A stretch of 63,877 nucleotides of DNA, filler included, from Ferroacidibacillus organovorans (GCF_001642725.1; 4 parts of 4 records of this genome joined end to end with filler, not necessarily neighbours in it), one strand, 5' to 3'. Shown: positions 17,765 to 28,309, counted from the whole stretch's first letter. Translations and numbers: made by a program. Notes: generated from the sequence alone by a model not told the origin.

Positions 17765-19312
17765 TTAGAACAACCTCTCCAAGTTCTTTGCTATCTTGTC
17801 TTGAAGTGAATTTGCCTCGCAAAACTGTTGCTTCAACTTCTCCGTCAACCCCGCCATTTTCTCGTCAAATGGCACATCGTCCTCATCGATCGCGCCCGTC
17901 CCTACATAAATCCCCGGTGTCAACTTGTAGTCGTTGGCCTTTACCTCATCCACTTTGGCCGCATTGCAAAATCCAGCAACGTCCGTGTATTCGTTATTAC
18001 CATTCCTAAAGGCATGGTATACTGTGGCAATCTCGTCAATCTCTTCTTGGGAAAGCGTCTTTTGCCTGCGATTAACCAGGCTTCCCTTCTGTCGCGCATC
18101 AATGAAAAGAATCTCGTCTTTCCGTGCTCTATATCTTTTCCGTCCATCTCGGTTCTTGCTCAAGAAGAAGAGACAGCAAGGGATGCCTGTGGTGAAGAAC
18201 AGTTTCTCGGGCATCTGAACGATGCAATCAACATAGCCTTCGTCAATTAGTCGCTGACGGACTTCTTTTTCTTCCGCCGTGTTGGTCGTCATCGCCCCAT
18301 TGGCCATGACAAATCCGGCAGTACCGCCGTCCTTGACGTGTGCCAAGAAATGCTGCATCCACATGTAGTTTGCGTTCCTATCGGTCACAGGACCAATCAA
18401 TCGCGAATCATTTCGCTGAATCTTGTCGGCTCCCCACAATTTCATGTTAAATGGTGGGTTCGCGATCACGTAGTCAAATTGCTGTCCTTCGAACAAATCG
18501 TTGAGCAGCGAATCTCCGAGACGAATATCGGCGTTTATTCCGTGGAGAAGGACATTCATCTTACCGAGACGAACGGTGTTCTCAATCACTTCCTGACCAT
18601 AAAATGACAAGGCATGTTTGTTTGGGGTATATTGTTCTGATTGAAGGAACATGCCACCCGATCCGCAGGCTGGATCAAATACTGTTCCTGACATAGGCTC
18701 CAACATCGCTACCAACAATCGAACGATGCTTGCTGGCGTATAGAACTCCCCGCCGCGTTGCCCTTCAGACGATGCAAAATTCCCGATAAAATACTCGTAG
18801 ACACGTCCCAACACATCAACGCTGTCATGATTTTGAGCCGAGAATTTGTCACGGGAAAAAATCTGTATCAGTTCTCCGAGATTCTCCGCCGGCAAATTCG
18901 ACGACTGATAGATGCGCGGTAATATCCCTTGCAGATCATCGTTCTCATCCGCAATCAATTTCATGGCATTATCAACCATTTCTTTGGTGTTTGGTTGCTT
19001 CGCATTTTTAACGAGATGTGACCATCTCGCCTCTTCAGGGATAATGTACACACGTTGTGAGAGATACTGGTCTGGGTCATTCAAAATTTCTTCTCGAATT
19101 TCTGGATCATCCGAGTACCATTCGTGATTCGGATCGTTCACGATTTGTTCAACTTCCGCCCGTCTTTTTTCATAGCGCAAAGAAAGGTAACGCAAGAAGA
19201 TAAGCGGCAACACGATATGTTTATAGTCACCTGGTGAGATACTCGCCCTCATCCGATTTGCTGCTTCAAAGAGGTCTTTTTGTAGGTCCATGTCTGCTTG
19301 TGCCTGTGCCAA
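17765..19312 (-). CDS. hsdM: Type I restriction-modification N6-adenine methyltransferase
   Basis: GEFYTP, DPACGSGG and NPPF motifs. The stop overlaps an ATG (TAATG), probably hsdS, which is cut by the gap. Confidence 0.93.
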   Translation of the reverse strand: MAQAQADMDLQKDLFEAANRMRASISPGDYKHIVLPLIFLRYLSLRYEKRRAEVEQIVNDPNHEWYSDDPEIREEILNDPDQYLSQRVYIIPEEARWSHLVKNAKQPNTKEMVDNAMKLIADENDDLQGILPRIYQSSNLPAENLGELIQIFSRDKFSAQNHDSVDVLGRVYEYFIGNFASSEGQRGGEFYTPASIVRLLVAMLEPMSGTVFDPACGSGGMFLQSEQYTPNKHALSFYGQEVIENTVRLGKMNVLLHGINADIRLGDSLLNDLFEGQQFDYVIANPPFNMKLWGADKIQRNDSRLIGPVTDRNANYMWMQHFLAHVKDGGTAGFVMANGAMTTNTAEEKEVRQRLIDEGYVDCIVQMPEKLFFTTGIPCCLFFLSKNRDGRKRYRARKDEILFIDARQKGSLVNRRQKTLSQEEIDEIATVYHAFRNGNNEYTDVAGFCNAAKVDEVKANDYKLTPGIYVGTGAIDEDDVPFDEKMAGLTEKLKQQFCEANSLQDKIAKNLERLF

Positions 19313-19359
19313 TTCTGTTCCCCCGTCCAGTATGTATACACTCTGTGTAGTGAATTCGG

Positions 19360-19533
19360 CTACACTTCCAAATTCTCCTTGGGATACTCATATAGTTCGG
19401 TATAGTGCCTGACGTTGCCAACCTAATAAGCAACGTGATGAATGCCCTGACCCTTTGGTCGCATAAACCGAGCAATCGGAGATTCGTGATTCGTTGGTTC
19501 CAGCAAATCAACATGCATATCCCCCACAAGTAT
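19360..19533 (-). pseudogene. Decayed fragment of a VOC-family / methylmalonyl-CoA epimerase gene
   Basis: Frame reads VGDMHVDLLEPTNHESPIARFMRPKGQGIHHVAY*VGNV...ELYE, resembling the ELLEP...SPIA.F....GEGIHH.A motif. Internal TAG at 19423-19425. Confidence 0.65.
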
Positions 19534-20332
19534 TGTGAGGCGTAGCTGAGGTAAGAATCAAACTATGGCTGTGATTGGCCAACAAATTGGCAAGTAGGTT
19601 GCGTTCTGTGCTGGCGTTCGCCGCATTGTGGCACTCGTCCATCCAGACGACATCCCACTGGCACGCCTCCAGATAACGCCGATACTGTTCATCATTTTTT
19701 AGGGTATCAATAGAAATAATGACTTTATCGTAATAGTGAAACGGATTTTTGTTCCGAGGTATGTCGCGGCGAATTCGGGCGATTCCGACTGAATCCAATC
19801 GCATGAGGGGAATGGTGAACCTCGACCACAGTTCCTTCTGAATCTGCTCCAACGTGGAGCGCATAGCCACAACCAGAACCCGGCGTCCGCGTCCGCGGCG
19901 GATAAGCTCTGCCAATAAAATGCCTGCCTCAATCGTTTTTCCGAGTCCCACTCCATGGGCAATCAGAAGCCGTGGACGCACCAGTGACAACGCCCGTTGT
20001 GCAGGTATGTATTGATACTCGCTTTCCTCCATGGCTGCCTGTCCACGTGTGGTCACGCCAGGCTCTGTCAACGGCGTCCGCGCGAGTAAGGCGTGCAAAA
20101 ACAAACGAGATCGACGATAACCTTGCGAATCATCGGGGACAAACGTCACATCTTCTGGTGACAGGACTTTCACGGAGTCGAGTGAATCAAGAAACGTTGC
20201 CTCGTAATCCCGAACCGTTTCAGACAATCCTGTGACACGCAGCGCAAACACATTATGCTCTACTGGACGCGCATCACGGACAAGCCACTCTTCCCCACGA
20301 ATCTGAACTCGGGATCCAGGTGCATATGTCAA
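19508..20332 (-). pseudogene. Truncated SNF2-family helicase (DISARM DrmD-like N-terminal half)
   Basis: PGSRVQIRGEEWLVR, GLGKT, DECH and SATPHN motifs, then an abrupt end. No C-terminal helicase domain. Confidence 0.8.
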
Positions 20333-20589
20333 GTGGAAAAACCCCTTTGATTTTCCCCGTGTGAGGTGGAACATAATGAACTCACTTACGATGGGAGCGA
20401 ACACTAATCTCTGGTAACCATTCTATCGGAATTTGACGAAATTCGCACTATAGTAACAAGCGATGCCGAAAGAAGAGCCACGGACATCGTCCCCCCACTT
20501 CATCAACCAAATCCGTCATCGTTCGTGAGCATAGAGAATGGCACACTTTTAGCACCCATGAAGCAAGCCTTCATCCAATTGCAGATACG

Positions 20590-21948
20590 TCAGTCGCTTA
20601 TTACAGCAGTCTTACTTGTCCACGGCCCTGTATCAATTGGAGGGTCTTTTTCAATGCTGGAAACTGATCCCCAGGGCGACTCCGCAACGTCCTTTTTGAA
20701 ACCAAAGGGCATTTCTGCTAAGTGCGTGTCGATTTGCTTGGCAGTCATTGTTTCGGATTTTGCCAAGTACCACCTTATCACTCCATTGAGCAAACTGATC
20801 GCTTGAAACACTACAGTACGTGATGCCCTACGTTTTTCATGAGTCCGACCTTGGTGTGCCACGTCGCTCCGTAATTGGTAAATCAGTTTTAGGAAATCAC
20901 GGCAGTAAACACCTTCCTCCTCCATCAGCCTGGCCAACACCGTTTGAAAGCGGTAGCCCACTTCAGCATTCGAATTTATGACCAATGTTTCAAGCCCGAT
21001 GACCGCATCATGTATGGCTTGGTCAAACTCGATTCCAGGGCTCAATGAGGATGTGTAGTAGTGCAAGGCTAACGCATATCTCTCGAGTGCAGCACGTACT
21101 TTTGGGTGGTCGGACAAATTTGACTCGTGTCGAAGCAGCCATGTTATGTCATCTGGAAATCTGTCGAGATAACACCTAGTTACCGGTAATCCAAGTCTAT
21201 AATGAGACCTCCATTTAAGCATCGGATGTACGCGCTGATGTCTAGTTTCATTGTGTTCACGAATAATGTACATATCGTGGGACCGTGCCACCAATGGAGA
21301 CAAGTGGGCAAGTAACAATTGCGAATCCGATGGATCCGGTCCATTTGGGAAGCCAAGTGGATCTTTGATTTTGCGGAACAGCAAAGCGTTTTCATTGTCA
21401 AGAGCGTGAACTGATGGAATGAAGTTGTGGGTTAGCCATGAGGTATTTTGGTCCGTCCCACCGTAAAACTCCTTAGTCTTTGGTCTAACCATCCATGTGT
21501 CGTCAATCGTAATTACCTGCTGACGGATATATCCTGGCAACTCAAAAGCCATATAATGGGCGAAAATATCCTCGCGTGGAATCATGACTTCGGATATAAC
21601 GGATTCCACCTTTGAAAGATCGACATCAAAGTCAAATTTGTAGAGATAAGCTGATAGTAGGGCCCTGTCCCAGCCTTGAGTCAAAGCGTGAAGTTTTTCT
21701 GATTTCGTCTTATATTTCGACGAATCGAATATCAGCTCCAGGATCCTTTCATTACGCATCCTTCGGATAGCGTAGGCGACGGCTTGTTGGCGTTCATCCA
21801 GACTATCAAGGTCTGGCACGGTGTTAACTTTAGCTCGAGTAATGTAACCGACGTCCGTGAGAACGGAGACAAATTGGTCATCCATAATTCTTTTCAGTTC
21901 CCCACAAACAGCCTCGGTATTTATGCCCTCAAACAACAAAGCTATCAC
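20590..21948 (-). CDS. HEPN-domain protein (Apea-like HEPN at C-terminus), candidate RNase defence effector
   Basis: IGLETL...YRF...IYQLRSDVAHQG contains the Rx4H motif. Composition differs from the neighbouring mobility genes. Confidence 0.7.
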   Translation of the reverse strand: MIALLFEGINTEAVCGELKRIMDDQFVSVLTDVGYITRAKVNTVPDLDSLDERQQAVAYAIRRMRNERILELIFDSSKYKTKSEKLHALTQGWDRALLSAYLYKFDFDVDLSKVESVISEVMIPREDIFAHYMAFELPGYIRQQVITIDDTWMVRPKTKEFYGGTDQNTSWLTHNFIPSVHALDNENALLFRKIKDPLGFPNGPDPSDSQLLLAHLSPLVARSHDMYIIREHNETRHQRVHPMLKWRSHYRLGLPVTRCYLDRFPDDITWLLRHESNLSDHPKVRAALERYALALHYYTSSLSPGIEFDQAIHDAVIGLETLVINSNAEVGYRFQTVLARLMEEEGVYCRDFLKLIYQLRSDVAHQGRTHEKRRASRTVVFQAISLLNGVIRWYLAKSETMTAKQIDTHLAEMPFGFKKDVAESPWGSVSSIEKDPPIDTGPWTSKTAVISD

Positions 21949-22433
21949 CTCATTCTCTGACGCAGATTTGAGACTCTCGTCCTCTTAGGATTATAACCAT
22001 TGCCTGGCTTTACGTCAGTCATATTGGGCTTGGCGTTTGTGTGCATTCGGCGTGTCTCACGCCTTTTTACAAGTGACCTGAAATCAGGTAGGTAATCACG
22101 CAGAAGAGCCCGTTTTTGCGACAGGAGTGACTCAAGGGGCCAGTCAATCCGCTTATGGCGACGGCCACTTTTTCTTAATCTTCGAACACAGGGTCGCTTG
22201 AAGCCATTCTCAGTCGCTCCCCCTGCCTAGCCAAATGGGAGACGCGTTCCTGTTCTATACCCGCGTTCCGTGTCGGCGGATGACGCTTTCTCTCTCATTG
22301 GCACTGCCTTGGCACCCTATTCGAATTTCAGGAAGGTAAGATGATACCACACGATACTGTGCAGGGTGGCGACTCGGGTCGCTGCCCTCTTTGTTTTCTC
22401 CAGTATCGCGATCACGCCAAGGAGGGTTTGCTC

Positions 22434-24761
22434 ATGAAGCTGCAAAAAAAGCGGGACCTGACGTTTTACCGGATTGTCCCGCCACACGACTTCAAATCTT
22501 ACAGCCCGAATTATGCTCATGTGTTCGTGCAGTCCCTGGCGGCGCTCGGACTCCCGAGACGCCTGGAGTGGTTGCAAGGCCCGCTTCCGTTCCGGTTCGT
22601 CGTCACCAAGGCGGCGCACGAAGCCACGGTCACGCTCTATCTCGGAGTACCAAGCCATCGCACACTGGGGGTCCAAAGCGCGTTTCACTCTGCCTACTCG
22701 GACGTGCATCTCATCGAATCGCCGTCACCCGTCGCAGAGTTGGCTCTGGATGCCAACACGCTCGTGACGCACTTCAAGATGGGCGGACGAGGTGCTCGAA
22801 GATGGCTGCCGCTTGCCGGTGTAGATTCAGACGATGGCGATCCCGTGGACGCGCTGATCACCGCGATGGTGAAAGGGACAGCGCAGGATCAGTGCATCCT
22901 AGATGTCTGGATGACGCCCGTTCGGGATGCCCGGTTTCGGAGCATGATTCATGGGGCTGAACAAAGCATCCGCAAACCGGATCACGAAAATTCCTTCTCC
23001 CCGAGCGAGATTTTCAGGGCCATGACCACGAACGATTCCGACTGGAAAAGTAAGCCTGTCCAACAAAAGCCGCTATCTGAGGAATCGCAGCGTATGGTCC
23101 AAACCATCCACACGCGTCTAAATCCATCGTATCGACCCTTTCAGGTCTCTGTTCGATTGTACGTTCGCGGACACACCTCGAAGGAACGGCTGGGGGCGAT
23201 GCTCATGGCGATGCAACAAACCAAGGGCAGTGGACGCATGGTGCCCGCGTTCGGGCGCAAGAAAACGCTGGTACAAGCCATTCAGACTGGCAGGCCCACG
23301 CGCCGGATGTGGTGGACATCCCCGGAACTCGCCGCCTTGGTGCACGTCCCACAAAGCCATCAGCCGTCATTCCCGTTCATCGCCCGATCGCCATCGTTGA
23401 TTCTGCCGCCACCCGCCCGGACCAGCGGAATACGTGTCGGGTGGTCCGATTTCCCCGGACGGGAGGGAGAAGAAATCCGCATTCCCCTTCGTCAGATGGC
23501 GAAGCACGCATTTCTCGCCGGGACCACGGGGTCAGGCAAGACCACGACTCTTCTTCAAACCATGCTCGGGATCGTGGATCAGATGCAGAAGGAGCCGGAC
23601 ACGGCACCCGGTTTCACCTTTCTCGATCCGCATGGCGGTGCCATCCATAAGCTGTTGTCGCACATTCCACCCTCCCTCTACCCAAAGGTGCACATTGTCC
23701 CACTCGGCCCGACCAAGTACCCACGCGGACTGAATCCTTTTGCTCTGGATGATCTGGAGCAGGCCGAAGCGGTGACGGGCGAATTTGTCGCAATGATGCA
23801 GGAACTCTGGCCCGGATCGCGGCCACGTTCGGAGCATTACCTTCGCAACAACGTCCTGTCCCTGTTGCACGATCCGCCACAAACGGTGCTTAGCATCACC
23901 CGCCTATTTTTAGACGAGATGTTCCGTGATCAACTCGTTAAAAAACTCCCTTTTCACCTGCAGCAGTTCTGGACGGAGGAATTTTCACAGATCAAGAACA
24001 TCGGGGAACATCTTGGCCCGATTTGGAACAAGCTTGGCGCTTTGACCACCTACCCTTCTCTGCGCCGGATTCTCGGGCAGACCCAAAGCGCAATCGACCT
24101 GCGCCGTGCGATGGACCAAGGAGACATGATCCTCATCGACGGCTCTCACTGTACCGAGGACGCCATCAAGATCATCGCGGGGCTGTACCTGATTAGCATG
24201 CACTTCACCTGTCAGAAGCGGCCCGAACACGCCGCCCGGCTCCACCTGTTCGTCGCCGACGAGTGCCATCTCTATGCAGTGAACATCCTGCAACGCATTT
24301 TGGCGGAAGACCGAAAATTTGGCTTATCGCTGATGCTCGCCACGCAGTATCTCGATCAACTGCCCGATCCCATTCTCGCAGGCATCTTGGGAAACGTGGG
24401 CACGCTCATCCTGCTCCAACTCGGTGGCCCGGATGCCGACCGCCTGACCCGTTGGCTCAAACCCGATGTATCCTCCCGGGACCTGCTCAACCTCCCGGAG
24501 ACGCATGCATTGGTCCGCACCAAACTCGAAGGCGGCATCACGCAACTATTCACCATGCAAAATCCCGTCGTGTCACTTGGGCATGAAGATTGGATTGAAC
24601 GCGCGTTTGCACATTCGGATCAGCACGATGGCCGTCGAGCAGAGGAGGTGGATCGGGAAATCGACGAGATGACGCGGCGATCCCTGCCGACCTCGCAACA
24701 GCAACCCACGCTTCCGGCAGGAAAATCGTCGCGGAAGCGATCAACCACTGACCAAGCGTAA
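22434..24761 (+). CDS. VirD4/TraG-like coupling protein (HerA/FtsK-superfamily ATPase)
   Basis: Walker A GTTGSGKT, LDPHG, Walker B VADECH, EDRKFGL and ATQY motifs. AGGAGG RBS before 22434. Confidence 0.85.
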   Translation: MKLQKKRDLTFYRIVPPHDFKSYSPNYAHVFVQSLAALGLPRRLEWLQGPLPFRFVVTKAAHEATVTLYLGVPSHRTLGVQSAFHSAYSDVHLIESPSPVAELALDANTLVTHFKMGGRGARRWLPLAGVDSDDGDPVDALITAMVKGTAQDQCILDVWMTPVRDARFRSMIHGAEQSIRKPDHENSFSPSEIFRAMTTNDSDWKSKPVQQKPLSEESQRMVQTIHTRLNPSYRPFQVSVRLYVRGHTSKERLGAMLMAMQQTKGSGRMVPAFGRKKTLVQAIQTGRPTRRMWWTSPELAALVHVPQSHQPSFPFIARSPSLILPPPARTSGIRVGWSDFPGREGEEIRIPLRQMAKHAFLAGTTGSGKTTTLLQTMLGIVDQMQKEPDTAPGFTFLDPHGGAIHKLLSHIPPSLYPKVHIVPLGPTKYPRGLNPFALDDLEQAEAVTGEFVAMMQELWPGSRPRSEHYLRNNVLSLLHDPPQTVLSITRLFLDEMFRDQLVKKLPFHLQQFWTEEFSQIKNIGEHLGPIWNKLGALTTYPSLRRILGQTQSAIDLRRAMDQGDMILIDGSHCTEDAIKIIAGLYLISMHFTCQKRPEHAARLHLFVADECHLYAVNILQRILAEDRKFGLSLMLATQYLDQLPDPILAGILGNVGTLILLQLGGPDADRLTRWLKPDVSSRDLLNLPETHALVRTKLEGGITQLFTMQNPVVSLGHEDWIERAFAHSDQHDGRRAEEVDREIDEMTRRSLPTSQQQPTLPAGKSSRKRSTTDQA

Positions 24762-24923
24762 ACTCAAACACCGAACAAAACTTCGCACGGAACTCGACAC
24801 GGAGCTCCCAACAAAACGCGAGCGGGCGGTTGAGCGGATGGTTCCCGTCACCACGCAGATTATTGAAGCGAACAGATCGGGACATATATCTACATTCCGT
24901 CCGCCCGAAAGGAGGAGACCCAC

Positions 24924-25808
24924 TTGCTGACCCCTCGAAACAAGGAGCAGGAAGTCCTGCTCGCCTTGTACCGATACACCCTGCTGACGACTGACCAGTT
25001 CTGTACGCTGTTGCACTATCGGCCAGATACGATGTACCAGACTCTGAGCAAGATGAGAAAGCTGGATTGGACTCAACCGATGCGCCTTGCCTTTCTGCGC
25101 CACAATGTCAAAGGATGGACATTGACCAAGGAGGGGCTGCATCTCGCGTTCGGTCTCACGAAAGAAACCCGCTCTGCATTGCTGCGTCAACCAGGGACGC
25201 CACCCAGCCAAGCGGTTCATCTCTACGGAACCAACCGCTTTTTCATGGGACTGATTTCGGAGAGCCTCTCTTCTGCCGATGAAGGATTGGTGGAGTGGAT
25301 TGGCATGCGAGACAGCGGCGACCGGTACGCAATCACGAACGCCAAAGGTCGACGAGCAACGCCCATTCGGCCAGATGGCATCGGAACCTATCGTTTCTCA
25401 GACGGTTCGGTCGTGACCTTTCATGTGGAATACGATACGGGCAGTGAGCATGCCTGGACCCTGTATCAAAAACTGTGGACCTATGCGTTGCATCTCCCGA
25501 AGTTTTGGGCAGATGTGGGGTCAGCCAATGTTCTTTTTATCACGCGGGAAGAGCACCGCGTCGGACGAATTTTGGAACTGTGGGACGGTTTACTTGAGAC
25601 CCATCTCAAGGGACAGCCGATTCCGGCGGTTTGGGCCATTACAGAACGCCGAATGGACGCAGAGGGTGTTTTGGGTACGGTCTGGAGCGGACGTTCAGGG
25701 CGGACATCACGTTTTGAAAACTTCCCACAATCGGACGGGGATGCCTACCGCTTGATGACCCCCCTTGGAAAACAAACCCGACTCTCGCCCTTTACAAAGA
25801 GATCGTGA
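24924..25808 (+). CDS. Replication-relaxation family protein (MOBC-like relaxase)
   Basis: N-terminal winged helix (LLTTDQ...LTKEG) and an RPDG...FHVEYDTGSE nuclease-type motif. Lies directly after the coupling protein. Confidence 0.85.
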   Translation: MLTPRNKEQEVLLALYRYTLLTTDQFCTLLHYRPDTMYQTLSKMRKLDWTQPMRLAFLRHNVKGWTLTKEGLHLAFGLTKETRSALLRQPGTPPSQAVHLYGTNRFFMGLISESLSSADEGLVEWIGMRDSGDRYAITNAKGRRATPIRPDGIGTYRFSDGSVVTFHVEYDTGSEHAWTLYQKLWTYALHLPKFWADVGSANVLFITREEHRVGRILELWDGLLETHLKGQPIPAVWAITERRMDAEGVLGTVWSGRSGRTSRFENFPQSDGDAYRLMTPLGKQTRLSPFTKRS

Positions 25809-25847
25809 TTCACAGGCTGCGGATGATTTGCGAGAGGAGGGATTTCC

Positions 25848-26072
25848 GTGGCGTCTCATACAGACTTGGGCGAGCTCAATTGTCATCAAACATCGGATGC
25901 GATATCCGGCAACTTGAAGACCTTCACGTTCCATTGCAGGAACATCGTCATCCGATTGACTTGTAACGACCCGTCGAAAAAGGCAGTGGAAAACTTCCAA
26001 GCCGCCTTACACGTCATCCTCCATCGGATGACGGCCGAAGGAGTACAAACGGATGGTACTCAGGATCGATAA
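25848..26072 (+). CDS. Small hypothetical protein (candidate recombination directionality factor)
   Basis: Strong GAGGAGG RBS, located between the relaxase and the serine recombinase. Confidence 0.5.
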   Translation: MASHTDLGELNCHQTSDAISGNLKTFTFHCRNIVIRLTCNDPSKKAVENFQAALHVILHRMTAEGVQTDGTQDR

Positions 26073-26092
26073 AAACCGCCAACGCCAAAGTT

Positions 26093-26371
26093 TTACCCGT
26101 CACATCCCGCATCGTCTTCTGCATGAGGAGGAGTGGCCATCAAAATACCCGCGACGAAATCGGCAAACCGCCGTAATTCGCGACCGCAGGTCTCGATGCA
26201 CTCCGCTTCCCAGCGATACAGTAATTCATGTTGGTCGGTCGGCAAGAACGCCTTGAGTCGGTCAGCCAAGTCTTGCTGGGTTGGCAAGACCTGTTCCCCA
26301 TCCCGAGCGTATTCCTCGTAGAAGTCGTCGATCAGTTTTTCGGCCAATAGTTTCTTCACGATATGACACAA
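26093..26371 (-). CDS. Small acidic helical hypothetical protein
   Basis: The protein-like segment KKLLAEKLIDDFYEEY... follows a GGGAG RBS. Start uncertain. Confidence 0.5.
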   Translation of the reverse strand: MCHIVKKLLAEKLIDDFYEEYARDGEQVLPTQQDLADRLKAFLPTDQHELLYRWEAECIETCGRELRRFADFVAGILMATPPHAEDDAGCDG

Positions 26372-26735
26372 AGGCGATCCACTCCCGGAAACGTTTGTCC
26401 GACTGTAACTCTCGTTCCCGCCCGCCATCAAGTCAAATTTTGTTATCCGTAGGCGCTTACCTGAACTTTGCCGCAACACGTTCCCCACGTTCGCATCGAA
26501 TGGAGGAAATCTGCCTACCATCGCCCGCGCCGCGAATCGCCGCACACGGGCCAACGTGTGCGCGATGTGGCAGGACGTATGCCATCAGGCAGTGCCCAGG
26601 TTTCACACCAAGACACCGTATCGCACATGCAGCGTGAAATGCCGTCCATCTCCTGCCGTTGACTTCGCTCGCCATGCAGAGCGAAGCTGGACATCCCAAA
26701 CGGGAACGATAACCTGACAATCGGGGTGACACGCA

Positions 26736-28229
26736 ATGGAACCAAAGAAAATCTACGAGGTAGCCATGTATCTACGCAAGAGCCGCGATGATACCGACGG
26801 TGAAGAAGATGTCCTGCTCAAACATGAAACCGCCCTGACCGATCTCGTTCGCAAGAACAACTGGCGCTACGTGATTTACCGGGAGATTGGCAGTTCCGAC
26901 AGCATCGATTTTCGACCCGAGTTCAAGAGACTGTTGAAGGACATTGAAAATGATTTCTATGACGCCGTCGTGGTCATGGACTATGACAGGCTCAGTCGCG
27001 GTGACAAAGAGGATCGGGCGCGGGTAGAGAAGACTCTTCAGCAGTCGAACACCCTCGTTGTGACGCCCCAACGCGTCTACGACCTAAACGATGAGGACCA
27101 GGAACTGATCACGGACATCGAAGGCGTCTTTGCACGCTACGAGTACCGGATGATTAAGAAACGATTTCAGCGCGGCAAGAAAATCGGCGCTCGCCTCGGC
27201 CACTGGACGAACGGTCCCGCTCCCTTCCCTTACGTGTATAACTCAGAAGCCCACAGCTTGAATATCGACCACGAAAAACTGGATGTCTACAACTTCATGA
27301 AGCGTCGGATACTGGGCGGCTCGACATGTAGTGGTGTCTGCTGGGAACTTAACCGTCGCGGCATTCCATCGCCAAAGGGGAAAATGTGGTCGGAAAGTGT
27401 GTTGTATCGCCTGATCCTCAACGAAGTGCACCTCGGTCGAGTGGTCTATGGCAAGACAAGCGGCGGGCTACACAAGAAACGCAAAGCCGCGCCGTTCAAA
27501 GTGGTTCCCCGTGAAAACTGGATCGTCGTCGAGAATGCGCACCCTGCGGTTAAGACATTTGAAGAGCATGCAGAAATCGTGACCCTGCTTGAAAACCGCA
27601 GGATTCAGCCCAAACACGCACGTCGCGGCACATACCTCCTCTCCGGCCTGCTCTACTGCGGCAAGTGCGGCTACTCCCTTCAGTTCCAGCCGAAACCAAA
27701 CGGCCGCACACTCGTGAAGAAATGCCAAAAGACCGATGCATTCGGGAATCCCTGCGGCAACCGCGGGATCGAACTCGAACACGTGGAAAAGGCGGTCATG
27801 GAGAGTTTACGCGAACACGAGGCGGAACTCCTGAAAACGCCGGTTGATACCCACGAATCGGACACTCCGACGGAGCATCTGCTGCACACGAAGGAGCGGG
27901 AACTCGAATCGTTGCGGGATGGAGTAAATCGGCTCAAGGACCTGTTCGTGATGGGCGACGTGACAAAGACGGAGTACAAAATGCGGCTGGAGCGCCTGAA
28001 GGACCTGATTGTGAGAAAGGAGAACGAGTATGAACAACTGAAGGAGAGCCTCGACGGATGTTCACCCCTCACCCACGCCGAACGGCTACAGTTGATTGAC
28101 GAACTCAAAGCCTCCTGGAAGACCGCCGTCGACGCGCAGGAGCGAAACCGGCTTATGAAGCTGAACATTGAGCGGATCGAATATACTCGCGACGGGGATG
28201 AGGTCGACATTCGCGTGAAATTCCGATGA
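26736..28229 (+). CDS. Large serine recombinase (integrase)
   Basis: YLRKS catalytic Ser, DRLSR, recombinase domain, CGKCG...C...C zinc ribbon and coiled coil. Confidence 0.95.
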   Translation: MEPKKIYEVAMYLRKSRDDTDGEEDVLLKHETALTDLVRKNNWRYVIYREIGSSDSIDFRPEFKRLLKDIENDFYDAVVVMDYDRLSRGDKEDRARVEKTLQQSNTLVVTPQRVYDLNDEDQELITDIEGVFARYEYRMIKKRFQRGKKIGARLGHWTNGPAPFPYVYNSEAHSLNIDHEKLDVYNFMKRRILGGSTCSGVCWELNRRGIPSPKGKMWSESVLYRLILNEVHLGRVVYGKTSGGLHKKRKAAPFKVVPRENWIVVENAHPAVKTFEEHAEIVTLLENRRIQPKHARRGTYLLSGLLYCGKCGYSLQFQPKPNGRTLVKKCQKTDAFGNPCGNRGIELEHVEKAVMESLREHEAELLKTPVDTHESDTPTEHLLHTKERELESLRDGVNRLKDLFVMGDVTKTEYKMRLERLKDLIVRKENEYEQLKESLDGCSPLTHAERLQLIDELKASWKTAVDAQERNRLMKLNIERIEYTRDGDEVDIRVKFR

Positions 28230-28309
28230 TAAGCGCGTTTTGTGCTTACCGAAGCCCTTTCAAACTTTTATAGTCTCGATGGTGCGCAACTTAGCCGTTT
28301 GAATTTCCA

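Larger units (their letters stand above)
22434..28229 (+). mobile_element. Backbone of an integrative mobilizable or conjugative element (coupling protein + relaxase + serine integrase)
   Basis: Co-oriented mobility genes of higher GC than the flanking cargo. True ends not resolved. Confidence 0.7.

Noticed and set aside
26400..26500. c-di-GMP riboswitch suggested by GGCAAA on the minus strand
   Set aside because: The GNRA loop and second stem of the motif are absent.
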